DNA from: an uncultured Actinomycetes bacterium
Lineage (GTDB): Bacteria; Actinomycetota; Actinomycetes; Nanopelagicales; Nanopelagicaceae
Reading direction: 5' to 3'
DNA length: 50,426 nt
Assembly (NCBI GenBank): GCA_903938735.1
Contig: CAJAEK010000130.1
Coordinates: 1 to 50,426, forward strand
Positions 1 through 7,975 of this stretch are shown piece after piece. The position numbers and the translations under genes are program-made. The notes under the pieces are model-generated. The model was not told the origin of the DNA. It ran no database searches and saw nothing but the letters and a program-made list of their open reading frames with translations. The stretch's first letter is position 1, and every line of letters begins with the position of its first letter.

Positions 1-91
1 ATCCATCCCCGAAGGAACTTCATCGTTCGACTTGCATGTGTTAAGCACGCCGCCAGCGTTCGTCCTGAGCCAGGATCAAACTCTCCATAGA
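1..91 (-). rRNA. rrs: 16S rRNA, 5' end only (gene runs off the left edge)
   Basis: The reverse complement reads AGAGTTTGATCCTGGCTCAGGACGAACGCTGGCGGCGTGCTTAACACATGCAAGTCGAACGATGAAG. The 27F site is at 65-84. The mature 5' end near 91 is estimated from E. coli numbering. Confidence 0.98.
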
Positions 92-240
92 AAGTTGATC
101 TGGCAAAAAACGAAACTAGCTTTTGCTATTTTCGTTTTACCAATTGTTTTTTGTTTTGTAGTTTTCATTAGATGAAAATACAAAGGAATTTAGACCTTGC
201 TTTTTACAGCTAAGGCCTGATTGGTATTCATTTTTGCACG

Positions 241-258
241 TTGTTGAGTTCTCAAGGT
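241..258 (-). promoter_or_regulatory. rrn leader boxA-like / processing-stem element
   Basis: The minus strand reads ACCTTGAGAACTCAACAA, resembling the TTGAGAACTCAA motif of actinobacterial rrn leaders. Confidence 0.6.
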
Positions 259-311
259 ACGAATGCGCACCGGTCACAACGATTTCTCGCTGATTGCAGG
301 GCAGAAGGACA

Positions 312-340
312 AACCTAGTGGAAGGTCTACGGACGGTCAA
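312..340 (-). promoter_or_regulatory. rrn promoter P2 (sigmaA type)
   Basis: TTGACC (340-335), 17 bp spacer, TAGGTT (317-312), pointing at the 16S gene. Confidence 0.75.
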
Positions 341-425
341 ATCCGCATATCTTCATAAGTTTTCGTTAGTCCTAGATATGTGTCGATCACCCGGCCTTTG
401 CAGTCCGGCGCGTGAGCGAGAGAGA

Positions 426-454
426 AAGATAACCCATGCCTAGCCGGGGGTCAA
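426..454 (-). promoter_or_regulatory. rrn promoter P1 (sigmaA type)
   Basis: TTGACC (454-449), 17 bp spacer, TATCTT (431-426). Shares CGGATTTGACC with P2. Confidence 0.75.
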
Positions 455-569
455 ATCCGTCCCCCACCCCCAAAATTAGCTACTGACGAGTAACTTAGAC
501 GGCCTAATTCGGGCTGGATGCGCTGAAGTGCCCGTATTTAAATGACTTTAGAGCACCCCGGCATGAAGG

Positions 570-1844
570 CTAAATAACTTCGACCGCGGCCAGATCTCTT
601 TTGCCCTTGCGAAGCACTAAATAGCGTCCGTGAATCAGGTCACCTTCGGTCGGAGCGAACTCCTCCCCGCTGATCTTGGCGTTATTGAGATAAGCGCCAT
701 TCTCTTTAACGATTCGGCGTGCTGCAGATTTCGAATCAACAACTCCTGTTGCTGCAAGCAAGTCAACCCACGTTGGGAAGGCTTCGCCCTTCTTAATTGT
801 TGTGCGCGGTAACTGCGACAACGCAGCAGCAAGTGTTGCAGCATCTAATTCAGAAAGTTCACCTTGTCCGAAAAGTGCTTTGCTCGCCGCTTCAACATTT
901 CGCATCGCATCTTCACCATGGACCATCCCAGTGAGCTCTTGAGCTAGTGCGCGATGCGCTTCGCGTGCACCAGGATTGGTCTCAACGCTGTGAATGAGCG
1001 CTTCAATCTCTTCGCGCGATTTAAAGGAGAACACTTTCAATAGTTTAGGAACATCTTTATCGTCGCTGTTCAACCAATACTGGTAGAACGCATAAGGAGA
1101 TGTCATCTCCGAATCGAGCCAGACAGAACCGCCGGCAGTCTTTCCGAACTTCGTACCATCCGATTTAGTCATCAATGGAATAGTGAATGCGTGCGCTGAA
1201 CCGCCTTCAACTTTTCGAATCAGATCGAGGCCAGCAATAATGTTTCCCCATTGGTCCGATCCGCCTAGCTGCAGACGACAATTTTCACGTCGGTATAGCT
1301 CCAAAAAGTCATAACCCTGGAGCACTTGGTAAGAAAATTCTGTGTAAGAAATTCCACCAGCCTCTAGCCGCGACGATACTGAATCTTTTGCAAGCATCTG
1401 ATTAACGCTGAAATGTTTGCCTACATCACGCAAGAATTCGAGCGCGGAAAGCTGCTTGGTCCAATCTAGGTTATTTGCCATCTCGGCCTTATTCGAGCCG
1501 TTGGCGAACTCCAGAAACTTCTCGAGTTGAGAACGAATTCGACCGACCCACTCTTCAACGATTGACTCGTCGTTCAAGGTGCGTTCTTCATTGCGACCGC
1601 TCGGGTCCCCCACCAAACCGGTCGCTCCCCCAACAAGTGCAATCGGGCGGTGGCCAGCTAATTGAAAGCGGCGCATTACGAGAAGCACAACCAAGTTTCC
1701 GACATGCAGGCTGGGAGCCGTTGGATCGAAACCGATGTAGAACGTTGTCTGCCCTTTGTTGAGCTCGGCAAGAAGAGCTTCTTTATCCGTTGTTTGGGCG
1801 AGCAGGCCACGCCATTCGAGATCCGCTACGAGCTGTGAGGTCAT
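570..1844 (-). CDS. tyrS: Tyrosyl-tRNA synthetase
   Basis: YIGFDPTAPSLHVGN (HIGH), QLGGSDQWGNI, KFGKT (KMSKS), C-terminal S4-like domain (LRKGKR). Confidence 0.98.
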   Translation of the reverse strand: MTSQLVADLEWRGLLAQTTDKEALLAELNKGQTTFYIGFDPTAPSLHVGNLVVLLVMRRFQLAGHRPIALVGGATGLVGDPSGRNEERTLNDESIVEEWVGRIRSQLEKFLEFANGSNKAEMANNLDWTKQLSALEFLRDVGKHFSVNQMLAKDSVSSRLEAGGISYTEFSYQVLQGYDFLELYRRENCRLQLGGSDQWGNIIAGLDLIRKVEGGSAHAFTIPLMTKSDGTKFGKTAGGSVWLDSEMTSPYAFYQYWLNSDDKDVPKLLKVFSFKSREEIEALIHSVETNPGAREAHRALAQELTGMVHGEDAMRNVEAASKALFGQGELSELDAATLAAALSQLPRTTIKKGEAFPTWVDLLAATGVVDSKSAARRIVKENGAYLNNAKISGEEFAPTEGDLIHGRYLVLRKGKRDLAAVEVI

Positions 1845-3268
1845 AGCGACATCATTCCTGAGAAACGCTTCTGTTCGCTGGAAATCCAGGCCTGCGCCAA
1901 GACATTCTCTGATTCGGCTATGGCTATTTGTTCACGAACGCTCTGCTCCGAGGTTCCTAACGAAGAGGTTCGAGAAGCAATTGCGCCTTCCGCGGTGAGC
2001 ACTCCCCTGATTTCTGGCGTCAACCCCGGATGAATAGCTTGAAAATCGGCATCCGATAACTCGTGCAAGTCGATGCCTGCACTCTCACATTTTTTGACGC
2101 ACGCACCAGCAACTTCATGAGCAGTTGCAAACGGAACGCCCTTGCGAGCGAGAAAATCCGCAACCTCGGTTGCCAACGAGAATCCCGCCGTTGCTCCTTG
2201 CTGCATTATCTCTGGATGGAATGTCGCGGTGGCAACCATTCCTGTCACTGCAGGCAGCAACAGCAAGAGGGTCTCCATGGAATCGAAGACTGGCTCTTTA
2301 TCTTCTTGCAGATCTCGGTTATAGGCGAAGGGCAATCCCTTAAGCATCACCATCACGGATGTCAGATTGCCGACAAGACGACCGGCTTTGCCTCGCGCAA
2401 GCTCGGCGATATCTGGATTCTTCTTCTGCGGCATGATGGACGAGCCGGTCGAATACTCATCAGCGACGGTCACCCAACCAAATTCAGTCGTGCTCCACAA
2501 GGTGAACTCTTCGCCCAGTCGGGATAGATGAATTCCAATCATCGACAAAGCAAAAAGCGCCTCAGCGATGAAATCGCGGTCGCTGACGGCGTCGATGCTA
2601 TTTGCGAGTGAGCCGATAAACCCAAGTTCTTCGGCTGAAGCTTCAGGTGAGGGTTGAAGTCCTGAACCAGCCAACGCCCCCGCGCCCAGCGGAGAAAATG
2701 AATGGCGCTCTAACCAATCAGAAATCCGATCGACATCCCGCAACAACGCCTGCGAGTGTTTAGCCAGCTCGTGCCCAAAAAGTATCGGTTGCGCATGCTG
2801 TAGGTGAGTAAAACCAGGGGCTATCGAGCCAGCATGACGCTCCGCCTGTGCGTTTAAAGCGGCAATCAACTGAGTGACCAAATTTGAGACGGTCAGTAAG
2901 TGATCAATGATGTACAACTTAAAGTCGGTAACGACTAAATCATTACGGGAACGCCCAGCACGGATGGCGCCACCAAGTGGTCCAATTTTCGCTACGAGGC
3001 CGCGCTCGATGGCACTATGCACATCCTCGTCAGAATCATTAAAAGTAAATGTGCCTGACTGAACATCGGCGGCGAGTGATACCAGTGCGCCTTCAATCGT
3101 CTGGGCATCAGAGGCAGAGACAACACCACTTTTGGTCAGACCATGAAGGTGAGCAATATTGACGCGAATGTCGTACGGCGCCAATCGCCAATCAAAATGA
3201 ACGCTCCGAGATAGCGCTGCTACGGATTCTGCTGGACCCTGCGCAAAGCGACCGCCCCAAAGTGCCAT
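1841..3268 (-). CDS. argH: Argininosuccinate lyase
   Basis: LWGGRF N-terminus, GRSRND, THLQHAQP, and the GSSIMPQKKNPD signature. Confidence 0.98.
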   Translation of the reverse strand: MALWGGRFAQGPAESVAALSRSVHFDWRLAPYDIRVNIAHLHGLTKSGVVSASDAQTIEGALVSLAADVQSGTFTFNDSDEDVHSAIERGLVAKIGPLGGAIRAGRSRNDLVVTDFKLYIIDHLLTVSNLVTQLIAALNAQAERHAGSIAPGFTHLQHAQPILFGHELAKHSQALLRDVDRISDWLERHSFSPLGAGALAGSGLQPSPEASAEELGFIGSLANSIDAVSDRDFIAEALFALSMIGIHLSRLGEEFTLWSTTEFGWVTVADEYSTGSSIMPQKKNPDIAELARGKAGRLVGNLTSVMVMLKGLPFAYNRDLQEDKEPVFDSMETLLLLLPAVTGMVATATFHPEIMQQGATAGFSLATEVADFLARKGVPFATAHEVAGACVKKCESAGIDLHELSDADFQAIHPGLTPEIRGVLTAEGAIASRTSSLGTSEQSVREQIAIAESENVLAQAWISSEQKRFSGMMSL

Positions 3269-3271
3269 GGA

Positions 3272-3808
3272 TTACTTCCTCGCCCGCGTCCGTGATTGAG
3301 ATACTTTTCCAGTCGCTGATTTTAGTGGCGCGCCCTCTGAAAATGCTGCTAATTCTTTTGCCAGTGCCGCGCCGCCCTGCGCACTTTGCGAGATAGCCAG
3401 AACCGTATCGTCGCCCGCAATAGTCCCGATCAACGTTTTGATTACTCCCCGCTTCATCGCAGAATCCAGTGAACTCGCCAATAGCTGCGCTCCCCCAGGT
3501 GGGGTAGCCACCACAACCAAATTTCCCGAAGGTTTTAACGATTGGATAAGCGATCCAACAGCCGATGCGCGATTAGTCGCAGCGCTCGATTCCTGACCTA
3601 AGTGATAACGTAAAACACCATCTGCATCCCGATGTCGAACGGCGCCAAGTTCTTCTAAGTCGCGACTGACAGTCGCTTGTGTTACGTCGTAACCCCTGGC
3701 TTTCAGCAATTTCGTGAGGGCGCTCTGGGAAGAGACTTTGCCGGCGGCAATCAAAGCGGTGATTTCTGCGTGGCGGCCGCCAACGCCATTAAGTTTCACT
3801 TTAGCCAT
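3272..3808 (-). CDS. argR: Arginine repressor
   Basis: VTQATVSRDLEELGA DNA-binding motif and GTIAGDDT arginine-binding motif. Confidence 0.97.
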   Translation of the reverse strand: MAKVKLNGVGGRHAEITALIAAGKVSSQSALTKLLKARGYDVTQATVSRDLEELGAVRHRDADGVLRYHLGQESSAATNRASAVGSLIQSLKPSGNLVVVATPPGGAQLLASSLDSAMKRGVIKTLIGTIAGDDTVLAISQSAQGGAALAKELAAFSEGAPLKSATGKVSQSRTRARK

Positions 3809-4982
3809 CGGCTATCAACTCCTTCATCGTGGCGGTGAATGCAGCAATAAATTGATCGACCTGTGGCTCAGTTATCGTCAACGCCGGCGCGATTCGAATC
3901 ACAGTGGAAGTCGCCGCGTTTGCGAGAATTCCATGACGCATAAGTGATTCATTCACGTGCTTGGCCACCTCTGCTTGAAGAACGATTCCCAGCAGGAGGC
4001 CCTGTCCTCGGACTTCCTTAACGCCCGGTACGGCAGAAATTGAATCAGCGATGTACGCGCCTAGCCGGAGAGTCCTCGGCATTAGTTCGTGCGCCTTAAT
4101 GACTCGTACCACCGCGTTCGCAGCCGCCGTTGCAATTGGATTGCCGCCAAATGTTGATCCATGTGAACCTGGTTGAAAGTACTCGGCCGCCGGTCCCATC
4201 GCGATAACCGCGCCTAGCGGCAATCCTCCGCCTATTCCTTTAGCCAAAGTGATGACATCTGGCTGAATTCCCTCATGTTCATAACCAAACCATTGACCCG
4301 TTCTTCCCATGCCAGTCTGTACACAATCAAAAACAAGGAGCGCTCCGACGGAATCGGCAATCGAACGAAGCTCGGCAAGATACCCGACTGGCGGAACAAC
4401 CACGCCGTTCTCACCTTGAATTGGTTCGACGATGATCATCGCGGTTTTACGAGAGACGGCAGCACGCATGGCGCCGGTGTCGCCGAACGGAACATGGCTT
4501 ATCTTTTTTAATAGCGGATTAAACGGATCGCGCTTTGCCGATTGGCCCGTGATTGACAGTGCGCCCATTGTGCGGCCATGGAATGCACCATCGGTCGCCA
4601 CAATCCGCTTCCGACCAGTCAATCGTGAGAGCTTGATCGCCGCCTCGTTGGCCTCTGCTCCAGAGTTGCAGAAGAAGACGCGTGCGCTCGAATCGCCCAC
4701 CATCGATTTCAAACTCGCGGCCAGGTCAATCGCTGGTTGATGCATGTAGAGATTACTGACGTGACCGAGCTTGGCGCTCTGTTCGGAAATTGCCTGTACT
4801 ACATCGGGATGTGCGTGGCCCAAAATATTGGTGGCGATGCCCGCAAGCATGTCGATGTAGCGATTGCCCTCAACATCGAAGACTTCCGCTCCAAAACCAT
4901 GGTCAAGTTGTATCGTTGGAGTTCCGTAATTGTTCTGCAGAGCCATCGACCATGCGCTCTGCGCAGCCTTGTTGTTCATCAT
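3801..4982 (-). CDS. argD: Acetylornithine aminotransferase
   Basis: Class III aminotransferase motifs FFCNSGAEANE, FHGRT, QTGMGRTG, LAKGIGGG, HGSTFGGNP; arg cluster context. Confidence 0.95.
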   Translation of the reverse strand: MMNNKAAQSAWSMALQNNYGTPTIQLDHGFGAEVFDVEGNRYIDMLAGIATNILGHAHPDVVQAISEQSAKLGHVSNLYMHQPAIDLAASLKSMVGDSSARVFFCNSGAEANEAAIKLSRLTGRKRIVATDGAFHGRTMGALSITGQSAKRDPFNPLLKKISHVPFGDTGAMRAAVSRKTAMIIVEPIQGENGVVVPPVGYLAELRSIADSVGALLVFDCVQTGMGRTGQWFGYEHEGIQPDVITLAKGIGGGLPLGAVIAMGPAAEYFQPGSHGSTFGGNPIATAAANAVVRVIKAHELMPRTLRLGAYIADSISAVPGVKEVRGQGLLLGIVLQAEVAKHVNESLMRHGILANAATSTVIRIAPALTITEPQVDQFIAAFTATMKELIADG

Positions 4983-5743
4983 GAGATCTCCGTACCTCCA
5001 CGACCTTCAAGTGCTTCAGCCAGATTGCGTGGCTCGCGGCCATCAATAACGCGCACCGAAGTGGCACCGGCATCCAGAGCTGACAGCGCGGCTTTTACCT
5101 TGGGAATCATCCCCTCTTCAAAGGTCATAGCCCGCAAGCTCTCTCGGTCTATCGCACTTATGAGCGAGCCCTTATCGGGCCAATTTCGGTATATGCCAGC
5201 AACGTCGGTCATGAAAATAACTTGATCCGCTGAAAGACCACCACCCAGAGCGCCCGCAACCAAATCTGCGTTTAAGTTGAGACCCTGCCCGGTTGAATCA
5301 ACGCCAATCGGTGAAACTATTGGTAGGTACTTCCCTGCAAGTAGAGTGCGTAGAAGTGAGACATCTACGGTATCGATATCGCCAACCAATCCAATCTCCC
5401 CCGCGCTTGTCATTCGCTGTGCCCGGACAAGTTGACCATCAGAACTAGAAAGCCCGACCGCGTTCACCCCGTAACCAATCAGGGAGTGCGTAAGCGTCCG
5501 CAAAACCTGTCCAGATAAGACTTGCTGGACTACGTCAAATGTTTCTGGAGTTGTCACGCGATAACCGCCACGCATCTCGCGCTCGATGCCGTGAATCTTA
5601 AGTTCGGCATCAATCTGAGGCCCGCCCCCGTGAACAAGCACAACCGGATTCCCCGAGCGCCAATACTCCGCGATCAACTGAAGCGTCGGGTCAGAAACGC
5701 CGGGTTCTGGCAAAGCATGACCGCCGTATTTGATGACAATCAT
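4979..5743 (-). CDS. argB: Acetylglutamate kinase (short form, no N-terminal helix)
   Basis: VIKYGG, VHGGGPQI, GYRVT, LNLNAD, GMIPK. The start is fixed by an ATGA overlap with the argJ stop. Confidence 0.95.
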   Translation of the reverse strand: MIVIKYGGHALPEPGVSDPTLQLIAEYWRSGNPVVLVHGGGPQIDAELKIHGIEREMRGGYRVTTPETFDVVQQVLSGQVLRTLTHSLIGYGVNAVGLSSSDGQLVRAQRMTSAGEIGLVGDIDTVDVSLLRTLLAGKYLPIVSPIGVDSTGQGLNLNADLVAGALGGGLSADQVIFMTDVAGIYRNWPDKGSLISAIDRESLRAMTFEEGMIPKVKAALSALDAGATSVRVIDGREPRNLAEALEGRGGTEIS

Positions 5744-6897
5744 GATGAGTACGCCGAATTCTCGTGGACGTACATAGCCGTCAGGTCATTGGTCATAATG
5801 GTCGCGCTGTAATTTCCATTATGCAGATTGATGACGATATCAATCTGCTTACCGCTCAAATCAACTAACGACCGATCTTCACCTAATCCACCAGAACGCG
5901 CGACCATGACGCCGTTCAGAGTCACGTCTATAAGATTTCCATCGATATCAGCATCGGCTGTTCCTGCTGCAGCGAGCACGCGACCCCAGTTGGGATCTTC
6001 GCCATGTAGGGCGCATTTCAGAAGATTGTTACGCGCACAAGCCCGTGAAACCGCTTCAGCATCTTTTTCGCTCGCTGCGCCCTCGGTTGTAATCCGTACG
6101 ATCTTTGTATTGCCCTCGGCGTCAGCGATCAGTTGACCTGCCAAGTCATTCGCACAATCCATCAGCATCGCCCGAAGTGCATCATCGGCAATCTCAACAC
6201 CAGACGCGCCGGAAGCCATGAAAAGAACCGTGTCATTTGTCGAGGTGCAGCCATCTGAATCAATTCGGTTATACGTACGCGAGACGACATCCTCGAAAAT
6301 TTCTGGTGCTCGCTTCGTGTCCACAATCGCATCTGTGATGATCACCGAAAGCATTGTCGCCAAGGCCGGCGCCAACATGCCAGCGCCCTTCGCCATTCCC
6401 CACATCGACACGCCGTCACGAGAACATTGTGAAGTCTTGTGGTGAGTATCCGTCGTCATGATCGCCTGTGCCGCAGAATCAAACCCTCCTTGGCTCAATT
6501 CGTTGGCCGCTGCGTCAACGCCAGCAATAAGTTGCGACATCGGGAGTCTCACACCAATCAACCCGGTTGAACACACCACAACATCTGAAGCAGAGACTGA
6601 AAGTCTTTCTGCAACGTGTTCAGCAGTCTTATGGGTGTCAAGGAAACCTTCCGGACCCGTGCACGCATTTGCGCCGCCACTATTGAGAACAACCGCAGAC
6701 ACCTCGTTGTCTGCAACGACTTGCCGGCTCCACGCTACGGGGGCAGCAAAGACTTTATTGGTTGTAAAAACGGCAGCCCCGAATTGAAGAGGGCCATCAT
6801 TGACGATCAGCGCAAGATCTTTTGCGCCAGAACTCTTAATGCCGGCGGCAACGCCGCTCGCCCGAAAACCCTTGGGAAATTCCGCTGAAGTACCCAC
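5740..6897 (-). CDS. argJ: Ornithine acetyltransferase / N-acetylglutamate synthase
   Basis: NSGGANACTG, STGLIG, IMTTD, AKGAGMLAPALATML (autocleavage Thr), STNDT, DPNWGR. Confidence 0.97.
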   Translation of the reverse strand: MGTSAEFPKGFRASGVAAGIKSSGAKDLALIVNDGPLQFGAAVFTTNKVFAAPVAWSRQVVADNEVSAVVLNSGGANACTGPEGFLDTHKTAEHVAERLSVSASDVVVCSTGLIGVRLPMSQLIAGVDAAANELSQGGFDSAAQAIMTTDTHHKTSQCSRDGVSMWGMAKGAGMLAPALATMLSVIITDAIVDTKRAPEIFEDVVSRTYNRIDSDGCTSTNDTVLFMASGASGVEIADDALRAMLMDCANDLAGQLIADAEGNTKIVRITTEGAASEKDAEAVSRACARNNLLKCALHGEDPNWGRVLAAAGTADADIDGNLIDVTLNGVMVARSGGLGEDRSLVDLSGKQIDIVINLHNGNYSATIMTNDLTAMYVHENSAYSS

Positions 6898-7919
6898 TAC
6901 CGAACACCTAAATGATTCAAGCCCGAATCTTCCGCAAGGCCGACCATGAGATTGGCATTTTGAATCGCCTGGCCAGCAGCGCCCTTGCCTAGATTATCGA
7001 TGGCTATCGAAATAAGAAGTCGGTTCGTGTGCTCGTCCACCGCAACTTGCACATGTGCATTGTTTGTACCCAACACCGCCGCGGTTTGTGGCATGTGACC
7101 GGCTGGCAATACATGAACAAAGGCCGAGCTAGCAAAATAGTCTTCATATATCTGGTGCGCAGCTTCAGTCGTTAAAGGCTTCACCAGTCGAGCTGTAATT
7201 GTTGCCAAGATCCCACGGGGCATGGGCGCCAAAATCGGGGTGAATGAAATCTTCACATCTTGACCATTCACTGCGGCCAAGGCTTCCTCAATCTCTGGCG
7301 TGTGCTGATGCACTCCCCCGAATTTGTACGAGGTCATCGAATTCATGACTTCACTGCCAAGCAAATTTACCTTCGCAGAGCGACCAGCGCCTGTCGTTCC
7401 TGAAGCCGCCACGACCACAACATCTGATGCGTCAATGAGCTTGTCATGAAGAGCTGGCGCTGCGGCAAGCGAAATTGCAGTCGCGTAGCAACCAGGATTT
7501 GCGACCCGAGATGAACGAGAGATTTCGAATCTATTCTGCGAAAGCTCTGGCAAGCCGTAGATCCATTTGCCGGCATGGTTTCCGCCGTAGTACTTCTTCC
7601 AGGCGTGCTCATGAGTCAACCGGAAGTCGGCGCCCAGGTCCACAATCTTTAAGGATGGTGAAAGTTGCGCGACCAACTTTGCAGATTCGCCGTGCGGAAG
7701 CGCCAGAAAGACTAGATCACATTGGTTGAGTTCATCCGGTTCTGTTGCCGAGAAAACTCGCCCGCTAAGCGGAGTGAGCCCCGGATGAATAGTGGTGATG
7801 AGTTCGCCAGCATTTGTTCCGGCCGAGATGTAGGAGATTTTGAAATCTGGATGGTTAAGAAGCAACCGTAAAAGCTCTCCGCCAGCGTACCCGCTTGCGC
7901 CTACGACACCGATTTTCAT
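6897..7919 (-). CDS. argC: N-acetyl-gamma-glutamyl-phosphate reductase
   Basis: GASGYAGGE, LALPHG, DLGADFRL, ANPGCYAT, DNLGKGAAGQAIQN. Confidence 0.98.
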   Translation of the reverse strand: MKIGVVGASGYAGGELLRLLLNHPDFKISYISAGTNAGELITTIHPGLTPLSGRVFSATEPDELNQCDLVFLALPHGESAKLVAQLSPSLKIVDLGADFRLTHEHAWKKYYGGNHAGKWIYGLPELSQNRFEISRSSRVANPGCYATAISLAAAPALHDKLIDASDVVVVAASGTTGAGRSAKVNLLGSEVMNSMTSYKFGGVHQHTPEIEEALAAVNGQDVKISFTPILAPMPRGILATITARLVKPLTTEAAHQIYEDYFASSAFVHVLPAGHMPQTAAVLGTNNAHVQVAVDEHTNRLLISIAIDNLGKGAAGQAIQNANLMVGLAEDSGLNHLGVR

Positions 7920-7925
7920 TTCCTG

Positions 7926-7954
7926 AGAATATCAGGCTATGAATATTTATTCAA
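7926..7954 (-). promoter_or_regulatory. argC promoter, probably leaderless
   Basis: TTGAAT (7954-7949), 17 bp spacer, TATTCT (7931-7926), 6 nt, then the ATG. Confidence 0.7.
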
Positions 7955-7975
7955 TCTTATGAATAATTATGCACG
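7938..7975. promoter_or_regulatory. Tandem ARG boxes (ArgR operator)
   Basis: Cores TGAATATTTATTCA (7940-7953) and TGAATAATTATGCA (7960-7973), 20 bp apart. They overlap the argC -35 and the pheT stop codon, and argR is in the same operon. Confidence 0.92.

Noticed and set aside
137-340. 67 aa ORF upstream of the 16S gene
   Set aside because: It lies in the rrn leader, and its TTG 'start' is the P2 -35 hexamer. No protein features.
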